Shown here piece by piece: positions 54,307 through 63,998 of a DNA stretch of 64,000 nucleotides. The first letter of the stretch is position 1, and each line of letters opens with the position of its first letter. The notes beneath the pieces are model-generated. The model searched no databases. It was not told the origin of the DNA and was given only the letters and a program-made list of their open reading frames with translations. The stretch covers positions 3,471 to 67,470 of the forward strand of contig CAUUGL010000007.1 of the NCBI GenBank assembly GCA_963544845.1, in the 5' to 3' direction. The position numbers and the translations under genes are program-made. This stretch comes from an uncultured Alloprevotella sp. (lineage in GTDB: Bacteria; Bacteroidota; Bacteroidia; Bacteroidales; Bacteroidaceae).

Positions 54307-56142
54307 CTATTTAAGTTGAAGGTCAAGACGATTGATAAGGTCGTTCGCCTGGTCAAAGAGTTGTTCTCGCTCTGTTGTTGCCGCATTGAGAGCAAAACGA
54401 CCATAGTCAATATCTTGCAAAAATCTACGGACAGATTCAACATCTGATAGAGCAACGCCACGTTTTTGAAGTTCTGCTGTAATCTGCTGCTGGGTAAGAG
54501 CAGATACGTCAAGATATAACTTATCAGCGAAATATCCCATCATTGCAGAGGATAGAACATCATAAAATATCGTTCCGGTTCGATCTTTTTCACGCTCTGC
54601 CACTCGCAAACGCCGGTTGGCTTTTGTGGCAGCCTTACGCCAACGTTTACCCTCTGCGTCGCGCCAACGTTTAGATAAACTTTGCAGTATTTTCCATCCA
54701 ACTCCTCCACTCAAGAGAATGAGTAAAAGCACGATTACATAACGCATCGACCCTATCCAACTCCACCCATTTTGTTCAAAGGAGACATCGGGGTGCATAT
54801 GAATGTCACGTATATCTGCGCTACGAAATGCTTGTTCACTATCTGCCGCTTTAGGCGAGCGTTCTCCTTTCTCGACATTTAAGATGAGAGACTTTGTACG
54901 TAACGTAACATAATGTTCTGTAGCTGTATCGAAATAGGTCAGAGAAGCCGCAGGGAGAGTGTAAGTACCAGTATTGCGTGGTACAAAGTTGTAGTCAAAC
55001 CACATTTCTCCTACAGTGCCTTCTGACGTGATACGGGTGTGATCCGAAGTTTTCGGGGGGTAAGCGTCAAAACTTTTGGGAAGATGCAGTTGAGGAACTT
55101 TGATTAGTTTCAAATTTCCACTACCACTTACGATAAGGCGAAATGTTGCAATATCATTAGTTTTGGGTGAAGGTGAAATGAGTTCCCCTTTCAACGTGAG
55201 TCGCCCCACTCCGCCAGAGAAATCTGCTGGCCGAGGCAGCGGTAGAGGCAACACTTCAATAGTCATTGGAGCTGTGGAGCGTTGTACCTTAACATTCAAA
55301 CTCCCCATTCCATTAAAGAAAGCATCAATTTCATCTATCTCGTCATTTTGTTGTAAAATATCACAATCGAATGTCACAGGTGGAATGGAAAGACGACCTG
55401 TTTGTTGTGGAAAAATGAGATATTGTAAGTTTGTCCCGACACGATAGGTCTTTCCTCCAATAGTAGAAAGATGTGGAGAAAGGTTGCGAGGAAGCGCGAT
55501 TTCTTGTGTCCAAAAACCTTTCAAATCAGGTTTTTGGCGAAGCATTACATTAGCTAATCCCACGCCGGTGCGGGCGTGAAAGTTATAAGTAAGCATAATT
55601 GGTTCTTGCTCGTAGACTTTTCGTTTCGAAACTGTTGCATTAAAAAAGAGATCTCGCTCGCTGATTCGGCTGCCGGCGCGTTGTATTTGTGCATTGGATG
55701 CGGAAGCAGCAACCTGTGGCTGAGTTTGTTGTGCTGCGGGATTGGGAGAGTTGCCTACTTTGATGGTAATCGGCTGGGTGCGCAATACACGCCCTTCGAC
55801 TTTGACGGAAGCAGCCCCAATAAGAAATGTCCCTTTTCGTTTAGGGGCTAAGATGAAAGTATAGGTGATTGATGAGGAAGAAGTGGTACGCCCATTAACG
55901 GACTGCATACTTGAGTAAGTGGAAGTCGATGGGCCTGCTAATACATCAAAATCTGTAATGGAAGGTGGAGTAAAATCAGTACCATTGGCATTACTCAGTA
56001 CGAATTGTAAGCGAATTTGTTCATTCCCACTAACGGTGCGAGGAGCTTGTGCAACAAATTTTACTTGTGCTCTTCCCCAAATAGGAACAAAAAGAAAGAG
56101 GAGGAAAATAGAGAAGTAGGGAATACGTAGAGTCATATACAA
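54307..56142 (-). CDS. batD: BatD-like oxygen-tolerance protein
   Basis: 611 aa with a signal peptide, a long beta-rich periplasmic region, a single TM near residue 470 and a cytoplasmic tail. It sits after BatC. Confidence 0.78.
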   Translation of the reverse strand: MYMTLRIPYFSIFLLFLFVPIWGRAQVKFVAQAPRTVSGNEQIRLQFVLSNANGTDFTPPSITDFDVLAGPSTSTYSSMQSVNGRTTSSSSITYTFILAPKRKGTFLIGAASVKVEGRVLRTQPITIKVGNSPNPAAQQTQPQVAASASNAQIQRAGSRISERDLFFNATVSKRKVYEQEPIMLTYNFHARTGVGLANVMLRQKPDLKGFWTQEIALPRNLSPHLSTIGGKTYRVGTNLQYLIFPQQTGRLSIPPVTFDCDILQQNDEIDEIDAFFNGMGSLNVKVQRSTAPMTIEVLPLPLPRPADFSGGVGRLTLKGELISPSPKTNDIATFRLIVSGSGNLKLIKVPQLHLPKSFDAYPPKTSDHTRITSEGTVGEMWFDYNFVPRNTGTYTLPAASLTYFDTATEHYVTLRTKSLILNVEKGERSPKAADSEQAFRSADIRDIHMHPDVSFEQNGWSWIGSMRYVIVLLLILLSGGVGWKILQSLSKRWRDAEGKRWRKAATKANRRLRVAEREKDRTGTIFYDVLSSAMMGYFADKLYLDVSALTQQQITAELQKRGVALSDVESVRRFLQDIDYGRFALNAATTEREQLFDQANDLINRLDLQLK

Positions 56143-56311
56143 TAATACAGTTTACAAGAAAGGGAATGAGGTAAGGAGGGAAATATATCGTGTCTATAAG
56201 TGCGTATATGAAAAACAGAAATCACTCTTCATCACAATACATTATAGTCCCATACACAGAAAAGCAAAATGGTTTCAAGAAAACGGGCATAAGACACGGC
56301 AAGAGACTTTG

Positions 56312-56977
56312 TCACCAATTCTTGTCCAGCTGATGTGCACGCCGTGGCTGAGCATTTTGCAGTTTTCGACGTGTTTGCTGTTCGGCTTGTCGTGAAAGAT
56401 TGAGCAGCTGCTCAGCATTGTCAGAACTCATTTGTTGTTGCGGTGATTGTTGCTGAGAGTCTGGTTGTTTTTCCTTTTCCTTATCCTGTTTTTGCTTATC
56501 CTGCTGCTGTTTTTTATCTTGCTGATTTTGACTCTGATTTTGGTCCTTTTTCTGCTTTTGTGCCAAAATGAGGTTGTAGCGTGTGTCGTTGTCCGAAGGG
56601 TTGTTGCGTAAAGCCTCCTTGTAAGCTTCAATCGCTTTTTCATAGTCTTTGTTGAGATGATGAATATAGCCTACATTGTGATAAGCCATGGCCTTCACCG
56701 TTTTGTTTGTCTCCCCTTTGGCAGCCGCAAGAAATTGCTTTAATGCGTCTTTTCCGTTCTTTTGAGCCAAATAAGCATCGCCAAGATTGAAAGCAGCTCG
56801 TGTACTCTGCGGATTAGTTGTGAGGGCATGTCTATAATAATTTTCAGCCGTTTTATAATCACCAGTACGAAAAGCTTGATTACCTTGATGCATCAATGTC
56901 CATTCACGAGATTGCGCTGTACAGAAAACGATGCAGCCGATAAAGTAAAGAAAAAAAACGAGAAGACGCTTCATCAT
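56312..56977 (-). CDS. batC: BatC-like TPR protein with a Q/K-rich low-complexity tail
   Basis: Signal peptide, three TPR-like repeats and a QNQSQNQQDKKQQQDKQKQDKEKEKQ tract. Confidence 0.75.
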   Translation of the reverse strand: MMKRLLVFFLYFIGCIVFCTAQSREWTLMHQGNQAFRTGDYKTAENYYRHALTTNPQSTRAAFNLGDAYLAQKNGKDALKQFLAAAKGETNKTVKAMAYHNVGYIHHLNKDYEKAIEAYKEALRNNPSDNDTRYNLILAQKQKKDQNQSQNQQDKKQQQDKQKQDKEKEKQPDSQQQSPQQQMSSDNAEQLLNLSRQAEQQTRRKLQNAQPRRAHQLDKNW

Positions 56978-56988
56978 CTTGAGAGGAG

Positions 56989-58011
56989 TTAAGCTGGGTG
57001 TTGAAAAATACGAAAACGAGAGAAGAAGATGTTTTGCTTTTCAAAAAGTAGTAGTTCGATGAGCAACGCGATAAAGAGCAAAAGAGCCACGGCTTGAAAT
57101 TGTTCATTCAAATTACCATCACTGGCCATACCTGAATCAGTTTGTTGAAGCTTACGAAGTTGCGCTTGCAGTTGGTCCTGCGCCACATTGCTGCCATCTA
57201 TATGGATATAAGCTCCATTACCAGCCTCAGCAAGTTCTCGACAAGCAGATTCGTTGAGGGCTGTTTTAACGATACTCCCTGACCTGTCGCGGAGAGGGCC
57301 ATTGGTCGTGGGAATTTCTGCACCTTCACGGCTACCGACACCTAAAACATAAACATGCTGTCCGGCTTGTGCTGCCGCCAATGCAGCCTCTTTTGCACCC
57401 GGTTCATGGTTTTCCCCATCGGTAATAATGATAATTGCTTTGCCAACCTTCTTATCCTGTGTAAAACTCTTACCCGCCAGCGTAATGGCAGCAGTGAGAT
57501 TGGTACCTTGAAGTGAAACAGCATCGGTACTGATGTTGTCAAGAAAAAGTTGAGCACTTACAAAGTCATTAGTGATAGGCAGTTGAGGAAAAGCTTCTCC
57601 CGCAAAGACAACCAGCCCAATCTTGTCGTTCTCCATCCGTTCAATAAGAGTTGACACTAAGAGTTTACTACGCTCTATGCGTGAAGGTTGTACATCCTGC
57701 GCCAGCATAGATTGCGAAACGTCAAAGGCGATGACGGCCTCAATGCCTTTGCGCTTTTCACTTCCTTCGTTTGTACCGTATTGCGGCCTTGCCAACAATA
57801 GTATGCCTAACACAACAGCCAAACAAAGTAATGAGAATTTCACTATGGGGCGTGTTTTGGAGCGCTGAGATACGAGCTGTTTAAGTACGTGTCGACGGCC
57901 GAATCTTGACTCTCGGCGATGTGCCATCCATTGGGAACGAAGGAATATCAAGACTAAAAGTGGGAGGATGAAAAGGCCGTAAAGATATTGAGGGGAAGCA
58001 AATTGAAACAT
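56989..58011 (-). CDS. batB: BatB-like von Willebrand factor A domain membrane protein
   Basis: N-terminal TM helices, the VWA MIDAS motif DVSQSM and a C-terminal TM. The start was set at MFQFASP (58011), just after the BatA stop at 58014. Confidence 0.85.
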   Translation of the reverse strand: MFQFASPQYLYGLFILPLLVLIFLRSQWMAHRRESRFGRRHVLKQLVSQRSKTRPIVKFSLLCLAVVLGILLLARPQYGTNEGSEKRKGIEAVIAFDVSQSMLAQDVQPSRIERSKLLVSTLIERMENDKIGLVVFAGEAFPQLPITNDFVSAQLFLDNISTDAVSLQGTNLTAAITLAGKSFTQDKKVGKAIIIITDGENHEPGAKEAALAAAQAGQHVYVLGVGSREGAEIPTTNGPLRDRSGSIVKTALNESACRELAEAGNGAYIHIDGSNVAQDQLQAQLRKLQQTDSGMASDGNLNEQFQAVALLLFIALLIELLLFEKQNIFFSRFRIFQHPA

Positions 58012-58013
58012 GA

Positions 58014-59024
58014 TTAGGGAATGCGGCGTAGCCAAGTGAGACGAAGGCAGATTTCAAGAAGAAGAAGAAACAAAACAACCCAAGCGAAAGGCAAATAGGC
58101 TTCATAGCGCCGCTTGTAGTGCTGTACTTTCAGCTTGGTACGTTCGAGCTGATCTATATTTTTATAAATTTCACGCAGTTTACTTTTCGATTCGGCCGAG
58201 TAATATAATCCTCCCGTGGTACGTGAGATGGAGCGGAGGGTATTGGGATCCATATCACTCTTCACGTTGGCATAGTAGTACTCGCCATTAGGCAATATAC
58301 CGACAGGCTGACGTACAATTCCTTGACGTCCCACAGCGATAGTGTAGACACGTACGCCTTTCTGTTTGGCGATTTCAGCAGCTGTAAGAGGAGAAACATC
58401 ACCCGTATTGTTCGCTCCATCAGTGATGAGAATGACAACTTTGGAAGGTGCTTTACTCGTGGCTAAACGACTAACAGCATTGGTAAGCCCCATACCGATA
58501 GCAGTACCTTCTGCTATTACCCCCGAACTCTGTAGGTCACAACTGACATTGCGAAACATAGAAAGAAGCACTGCATGATCAGTAGTCATGGGGCATTGTG
58601 TGAACGCTTCCCCACCAAAGAGTGTAAGTCCGATGTTGTCGTTTTCACGTCCCGATATAAACTCGTAGGCCACCTGCTTAGCTGCCTCAATACGATTAGG
58701 TTCTAAATCCTGGGTGAGCATACTCACCGAAATGTCCATCGCAATCATAATGTCTATGCCTTCCACTTCACGCTGACTTTGTGGAGTCGTCGTTTGCGGA
58801 CGTGCCAAAATCACCACAACCAAGATTAATATCAACACGCGTAGCACAAAGGGAAAGTGCACCAAAGCCGTACGCGGTGTGAGGGGGAGATGGCGTAGCG
58901 ATTCTGTCGAAGCTACTCGCAGCGCTGGTTCGTGACGATTGCGCAAAAGGACATAGGCCACGACAAGCGGGATGATAAGCAGCAAAAGGAGGAAATAAGC
59001 AGGATAAGCAAAAGTCATGGGCAA
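58014..59024 (-). CDS. batA: BatA-like von Willebrand factor A domain membrane protein
   Basis: TM helices, the VWA MIDAS motif DISVSM and a C-terminal TM. Confidence 0.85.
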   Translation of the reverse strand: MPMTFAYPAYFLLLLLIIPLVVAYVLLRNRHEPALRVASTESLRHLPLTPRTALVHFPFVLRVLILILVVVILARPQTTTPQSQREVEGIDIMIAMDISVSMLTQDLEPNRIEAAKQVAYEFISGRENDNIGLTLFGGEAFTQCPMTTDHAVLLSMFRNVSCDLQSSGVIAEGTAIGMGLTNAVSRLATSKAPSKVVILITDGANNTGDVSPLTAAEIAKQKGVRVYTIAVGRQGIVRQPVGILPNGEYYYANVKSDMDPNTLRSISRTTGGLYYSAESKSKLREIYKNIDQLERTKLKVQHYKRRYEAYLPFAWVVLFLLLLEICLRLTWLRRIP

Positions 59025-59032
59025 AAGCTGGT

Positions 59033-60115
59033 CTAAAAGAAGTTAATCCAAAGCAGAAAAAGAATGTAAAGAAAAAGAATCTCAGTACTCAAAAAGCAAA
59101 AAATAGCAGCGGCTTTAAGTAGACGCTGCACGCGTAGTTGTACTGTATCCCCCAATACTATAATCTTCTCTTTGGGCTTCTCTGATTCGGCGTCTACGTG
59201 TTTGGTTGTTTGCACATACTCGGCGGCCTGTAAAAGCATACGATCTGTTTCCAAAAGGGTGGTACGGTGGCGTGCAAATTTTATCAAGTCTGCTGTGGAT
59301 AGTACCTCACGCAGCTCATCTAAGGCTTGTGCATCTCCATGCGAACGGAGAGCTTCGATGATTTCGAGAGTTGTCATTTCCCGGGCATTAAACCCAAAGC
59401 GATCGTTAATATAGGTACGTAGCACATCGGTCAGGCGTATAATGTATTGCTTTTGTTTTTCTTCCTCTCCTCGTTCTTGGCGTAAATCTTGAATGGCTTT
59501 AATAGCCAGTATATGAGGAGGTGTAGGGGGCATTACTTTGATACGACGTGTAATGGGGGTCTTTCGCGAAAGGCGTAAGCCGAATCCCACCACACTAGCC
59601 ATAAGCAACCACAATAAAATACACCACCGCAGCAAATCCGATGTCCAAACAAACACTGCCTCCGTAGGAGGATGAGCAGGGCGTAAATTGTCGGGATGTT
59701 TCGAATCAACCGCTATGTTATTTACTTTCAAGCCGATGATATTACGACTTAAATAAGGTTTGCCATTCACCTTAACCGCAAGCTGGGGAATTTGATAAAG
59801 TGCGCTATCAAAGGAGGTAAGCAAGTAGGAGCAAGTCAGTTCGTATCGCTTCTTTTCGTCAATCCACATAGTATCAACAGCTGACACATTGAGTACTTCT
59901 ACCCCTGGTGTAAGTGTTCCTTCCGGAAATTGTGGAAAAACAACTTTAGCACGGGCATCACATGAGACACGAGCCTGTAACCTCACTTGTTCACCCACAA
60001 GAATAGAAGTGCTGTCCAACTGGGTAGTAACCACCACAGATTGTGCCCATGTCTCCATAGATAGACATTGCGCAAAGCAAAGCAAAAGCAAAGATAGAAG
60101 AGAGCGCTGAGGCAT
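59033..60115 (-). CDS. Bat-operon protein of unknown function (signal peptide, BatD-like N-domain, TM, DUF4381-like cytoplasmic helical domain)
   Basis: 360 aa, lying between the DUF58 gene and batA. The family name is recalled from memory and is not verified. Confidence 0.6.
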   Translation of the reverse strand: MPQRSLLSLLLLCFAQCLSMETWAQSVVVTTQLDSTSILVGEQVRLQARVSCDARAKVVFPQFPEGTLTPGVEVLNVSAVDTMWIDEKKRYELTCSYLLTSFDSALYQIPQLAVKVNGKPYLSRNIIGLKVNNIAVDSKHPDNLRPAHPPTEAVFVWTSDLLRWCILLWLLMASVVGFGLRLSRKTPITRRIKVMPPTPPHILAIKAIQDLRQERGEEEKQKQYIIRLTDVLRTYINDRFGFNAREMTTLEIIEALRSHGDAQALDELREVLSTADLIKFARHRTTLLETDRMLLQAAEYVQTTKHVDAESEKPKEKIIVLGDTVQLRVQRLLKAAAIFCFLSTEILFLYILFLLWINFF

Positions 60116-60138
60116 AAAAAAGAAATGTTAGAATGGGG

Positions 60139-61023
60139 TTATCGTACAGCAGTGCGACGGAAAAAGAGCCCTTTCAGCCCTTTCACATAATCACTACCTG
60201 TAGCAATGTGTGCATAATCAACCTGTGTCCGATTGAAAAGATTATCAAGCTGCTCAGAATGCTGTTGCCACCAAGCTGCGTGAATTTGTCGCACACGGCG
60301 CGATGATGTGTCAACATATTGTAGATGCCCCGTTTCTGCATCTTCGAGTTTCATTAGGCCGACATTCGGCAAATCGGCCATACGTTTATCGTAGACTTGC
60401 ACAGCAACGACATCATGGCGACGGCGTGCCATAGCTAACTGTTGTCGATAATCGTGCGAATCAAGAAAGTCGGAAAGTAGAAAAGCGACACAACGCTTGC
60501 GCACCACTCTCATGAAATACTCTAATCCTACACCAAGGTCAGTGCGCTTCCCCATAGGACGTAAGGTGAGGAGTTCGCGAATAATACGCAAAATATGTCC
60601 CTTTCCTTTAGCAGGAGGGATAAATTTCTCCACACGATCCGAAAAAAAGAGGACACCAATCTTATCGTTGTTGCGAATCGCCGAAAAAGCCAAAGTGGCT
60701 GCAATCTCAGTGAGCAACTCTCGCTGCGTCTGCCCTTGCGTACCAAAATCAAGTGAGCCTGACACATCGATGAGCAACATCGCCGTCAGCTCACGCTCCT
60801 CTTCATATACCTTTACATAGGTGCGGTCGAAACGGGCAGAGACGTTCCAATCTATGTCGCGGACATCATCGCCTTCTTGATATTCACGCACCTCTGAAAA
60901 GGACATACCACGACCTTTGAAGGCCGAATGATATTCACCGGCAAAGACATTATTGGAGAGGGCGTGCGTCTTAATCTCAATGCGTCGCACACGCTGCATG
61001 AGTTGTCGGATTTGCTCGTCCAT
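60139..61023 (-). CDS. DUF58 domain-containing protein (MoxR-associated, VWA-like)
   Basis: EYQEGDDVRDIDWNVSAR motif and LIDVSGS. It follows the MoxR ATPase directly. Confidence 0.85.
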   Translation of the reverse strand: MDEQIRQLMQRVRRIEIKTHALSNNVFAGEYHSAFKGRGMSFSEVREYQEGDDVRDIDWNVSARFDRTYVKVYEEERELTAMLLIDVSGSLDFGTQGQTQRELLTEIAATLAFSAIRNNDKIGVLFFSDRVEKFIPPAKGKGHILRIIRELLTLRPMGKRTDLGVGLEYFMRVVRKRCVAFLLSDFLDSHDYRQQLAMARRRHDVVAVQVYDKRMADLPNVGLMKLEDAETGHLQYVDTSSRRVRQIHAAWWQQHSEQLDNLFNRTQVDYAHIATGSDYVKGLKGLFFRRTAVR

Positions 61024-61034
61024 CGTGTACTACC

Positions 61035-62036
61035 TTAGGGAACTTCGATTTTAGAAAGAATTTCACCGATAACTTTTTCTGTCGTTATTTCTGCTGCTTC
61101 AGCTTCGTAAGTCAATCCAATACGATGGCGCAATACATCATAAGCAACACTGCGTACATCATCAGGCACTACGTAGCCACGCCGACGAATAAAAGCCAGA
61201 CTACGTGCAGCCAATGCTAAACTAATAGTAGCACGGGGGGACCCCCCGAAAGCAATATAGGGCTGCAGATGATCAAGTTTATAACGTTCGGGATAGCGGG
61301 TAGCAAAGACAATGTCGGTCACATATTGCTCAATACGCTCATCCACATAGACCTCTTTCACCAGTTCACGGGCTTCGACAATAGTTGCTATATCGACAAC
61401 AGGAGACACTTGACGATCAGAAATATTTCCGCCCATAGAAGCCCGAACAATACGTTTTTCTTCATCGAGCGTAGGATAGTCCACCACGACTTTCAGCATA
61501 AAGCGATCGGTTTGTGCCTCAGGCAGTGTATAAGTCCCCTCTTGTTCGATGGGATTTTGCGTTGCCAATACGAGGAACGGGGTTGGAAGTGGCATCGTTT
61601 CGTCTCCAATGGTTACTTCGCGCTCTTGCATCGCTTGAAGTAGTGCACTTTGCACTTTGGCCGGTGCCCGATTGATTTCATCAGCTAATACAAAGTTAGC
61701 AAAGATAGGGCCACGTCGAACACTAAATGCATCGTCTTGACGACTATAAATCATTGTACCCACAACGTCTGCAGGCAAGAGGTCGGGTGTAAACTGAATA
61801 CGACCAAAGGAAGCATTGATGAGTGAAGCGAGTGTACGAATAGCCAATGTTTTGGCCAATCCCGGCACGCCTTCAAGCAGAATATGCCCATCGGAGAGCA
61901 ATCCAATCAAGAGAGCTTCGCTCAGATGGTGTTGTCCAACAATGGTGCGCGACATACCATCGGTAAGCAAAGCTACGAAGCTCGATTGAGCTTCAATACG
62001 TGCGGTGAGGGCACGAATATCGACATTTTGTGTCAT
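61035..62036 (-). CDS. MoxR-family AAA+ ATPase
   Basis: Walker A GVPGLAKT and Walker B VLADEINRA, fitting the AAA_3 family. The start was set at MTQNVDIR (62036), and the ORF track start at 62087 adds 17 aa. Confidence 0.9.
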   Translation of the reverse strand: MTQNVDIRALTARIEAQSSFVALLTDGMSRTIVGQHHLSEALLIGLLSDGHILLEGVPGLAKTLAIRTLASLINASFGRIQFTPDLLPADVVGTMIYSRQDDAFSVRRGPIFANFVLADEINRAPAKVQSALLQAMQEREVTIGDETMPLPTPFLVLATQNPIEQEGTYTLPEAQTDRFMLKVVVDYPTLDEEKRIVRASMGGNISDRQVSPVVDIATIVEARELVKEVYVDERIEQYVTDIVFATRYPERYKLDHLQPYIAFGGSPRATISLALAARSLAFIRRRGYVVPDDVRSVAYDVLRHRIGLTYEAEAAEITTEKVIGEILSKIEVP

Positions 62037-62268
62037 AAGAGAGAAAGTCTTTTCGTTGATTTTTGTTGCAAAGGTAGCGCTTTTCAAACAAACCTGCTTC
62101 TAATTTCTATTAAAAAGGTTTGATTGTACATTGGAAATCATATTAAAATCAGGTTTAATGGTCAAATGTACTCCTGAAAGTGGGCATAATGCTCTCTTTT
62201 TCATACCTTTGCAGGTACTCATAGTACTATAATGGAAATTCATCGTAAAAAAGTGCCCAAAATGCGGT

Positions 62269-62431
62269 CGTAGAGTCAACCAGCAAGTGCAAAATTAGAT
62301 TATTCTTTTGAAGAACTCTGCTTTTGGTGTTCGGAAATTAAGTTTTTGCCTTGGCCTTCTGTTTATTTTCTTCTGAATGCCGGCAATTCTCTTGTCCGTA
62401 TATTCATCAAAGTTGGCCTGTTTATGTATGT
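62269..62431 (-). pseudogene. 3' fragment of an IS30-family transposase gene plus the element end, truncated by the IS5 insertion
   Basis: Minus-strand translation gives ...YIHKQANFDEYTDKRIAGIQKKINRRPRQKLNFRTPKAEFFKRII, ending at a stop codon at 62295-62297. The INxRPRxxLxxxTPxExF pattern is the conserved IS30 C-terminus. The frame is cut at 62432 by the IS5 end. Confidence 0.7.
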
Positions 62432-63862
62432 AGTCGCTCCTTAAAAAGCTTTGACAAGTGGAAAGTCATTCCTCCCCTGCCTCTCGCTTATTATTTTGAG
62501 CAGCCACAAAAGAACTCTCATGGCTCTTTTGAAGTTGTAAGCAGTTGCTGCCATCAGTATGTTTACAGCGTCTCCTGCCACACCTTTGTAAAAGTTGCGG
62601 CCTAAACGATGGTCTGCCTTCAAGTGTCCAATGGTAGGTTCTATACCTGACCGCTTGCAGAATAGTTTGTGTTTCTTGCGCCTTTGATATCTGCTCTCTG
62701 ATGGCTTGGGGCTGTCCGGTATTAAAATCTGAGTACCATTCACCTCTTTCCTACCTCGATAACCTCTGTCTCCTGCAAGTTTTTTTAATCTTTCGTTGTG
62801 TGAGACGTTCAACTTGTCCTAACGCAGCTTCTATTGTGTGTCCGTCATATTCATTACGAAAAGACATCGCACCAAGAATGATACCCGTAGTCGAACGTAT
62901 GATGGAAACCTTGTTGCCGAATTCATACTTCTTGTGTTCTTTTCCCTTACTGATACATTGCCCCCGGGCTTCATGAATGGAATAAAGCTTTTTGCGACTG
63001 TTACGTCTTTGTGAAAGAATGGTTTGAAATCTATCAATGAGTTCAGTGTAGAGAGAATTCTCTCCAAGATTGCGCTTAAGCTCTCGAACCAACCGCCCGG
63101 CTATTGTCCGCAATTTCCGGTCTGCTTTCAGTGCCTTCTTGCGGTTCTTGGGGTGATTGCGAAAACGTTGGTCGCGATAAATGCCTTTCAACACAAAGGT
63201 ATAGCTTTGGCCAAGAGGCAGATGCAGTTTATCGACGAGATTGAGAACCTTGCCCACTATCTTTTTATGCAACTTGGCATCCGTAGGAAAAGTGATATTC
63301 TTTTCCTGAACGGTTGAATCGATAAAAGCGGTATCATGGTGATGTTCATCATCATCTTCGTTATTGACACGAATGCTTTCCTGAAAGATGAGTTCAATAC
63401 CCTCCTCCCCAATGCGATGGCGAAAGTGAACCAATTCGGAAGAGGCACAAGGAGCACCGGGTATAAACTCCTGCATACCACAAAAGTATTGATAATAAGC
63501 GTTTTCACTCCATTGCTCCACCACGGATTCATCTGAGAGATTGCGAAGGTGCTTGAGTATCAACAACCCACACATCAAACGTATCGGCTTACTTGGGCGA
63601 CCATTGTGCTGACAATACAAAGGCCGGAAAGCAGCATCGAATTTCTCCCAATTTATTTTGTCGGAGAGTTTGTAGAGAGGGTGAGAGGGGTTCAGCATAT
63701 CCGACAAACTGCTGAATAATGAAAGGCCGGTATAGGGCTTTTTAATCATAAAAATCTGCAAGTTTCTGAATACAAAGATAAGAAAACTTGCAGATTTATC
63801 AAAGGAATATCTTGATTAATTTACTGAATATCAGATGATAAATGGAAATTTAAGGGGCGACT
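62432..63862 (-). mobile_element. IS5-family insertion sequence, full length (1431 bp)
   Basis: Imperfect terminal IRs AGTCGCTCCTTAAA (62432...) and TTTAAGGGGCGACT (...63862), each flanked by TA. The transposase has a DUF772-like N-terminus and a DDE_Tnp_1 C-terminus (IEPTIGHLKADHRLGRNFYKG). A hairpin TCTGCAAGTTT/AAACTTGCAGA lies just upstream of the ATG. Confidence 0.88.
62441..63761 (-). pseudogene. IS5-family transposase split into two frames at an A7 tract
   Basis: ORF1 (62751..63761) ends ...ERLTQRKIKKTCRRQRLSR. ORF2 (62441..62812) lies in the +1 frame and continues ...KKLAGDRGYRGRKEV.... Removing one A from the run at 62780-62786 gives a continuous protein of about 430 aa. Confidence 0.8.
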
Positions 63863-63875
63863 AAATAAGGTGTTC

Positions 63876-63998
63876 TTATGAAACAATGCGTTTGAGATGA
63901 AGCTGTTGCGTACAGTAGGGGAGAATGGCAGCGCGATGTGTGATGAAGATGAGCGTACGACCTGTATAGGCTTGTACGATACGAGCAATCACCAAGGT
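63876..63998 (-). CDS. C-terminal end of an ABC transporter ATP-binding protein (rest outside the window)
   Basis: Minus-strand frame gives TLVIARIVQAYTGRTLIFITHRAAILPYCTQQLHLKRIVS then a stop. TLIFITHR is the ABC H-loop region. Only 41 codons are visible. Confidence 0.45.
   Translation of the reverse strand, partial: TLVIARIVQAYTGRTLIFITHRAAILPYCTQQLHLKRIVS

Noticed and set aside
56400-56560. Apparent tandem DNA repeat
   Set aside because: This is low-complexity coding sequence, the Q/K/D-rich tail of BatC, and lies in frame within a supported CDS.
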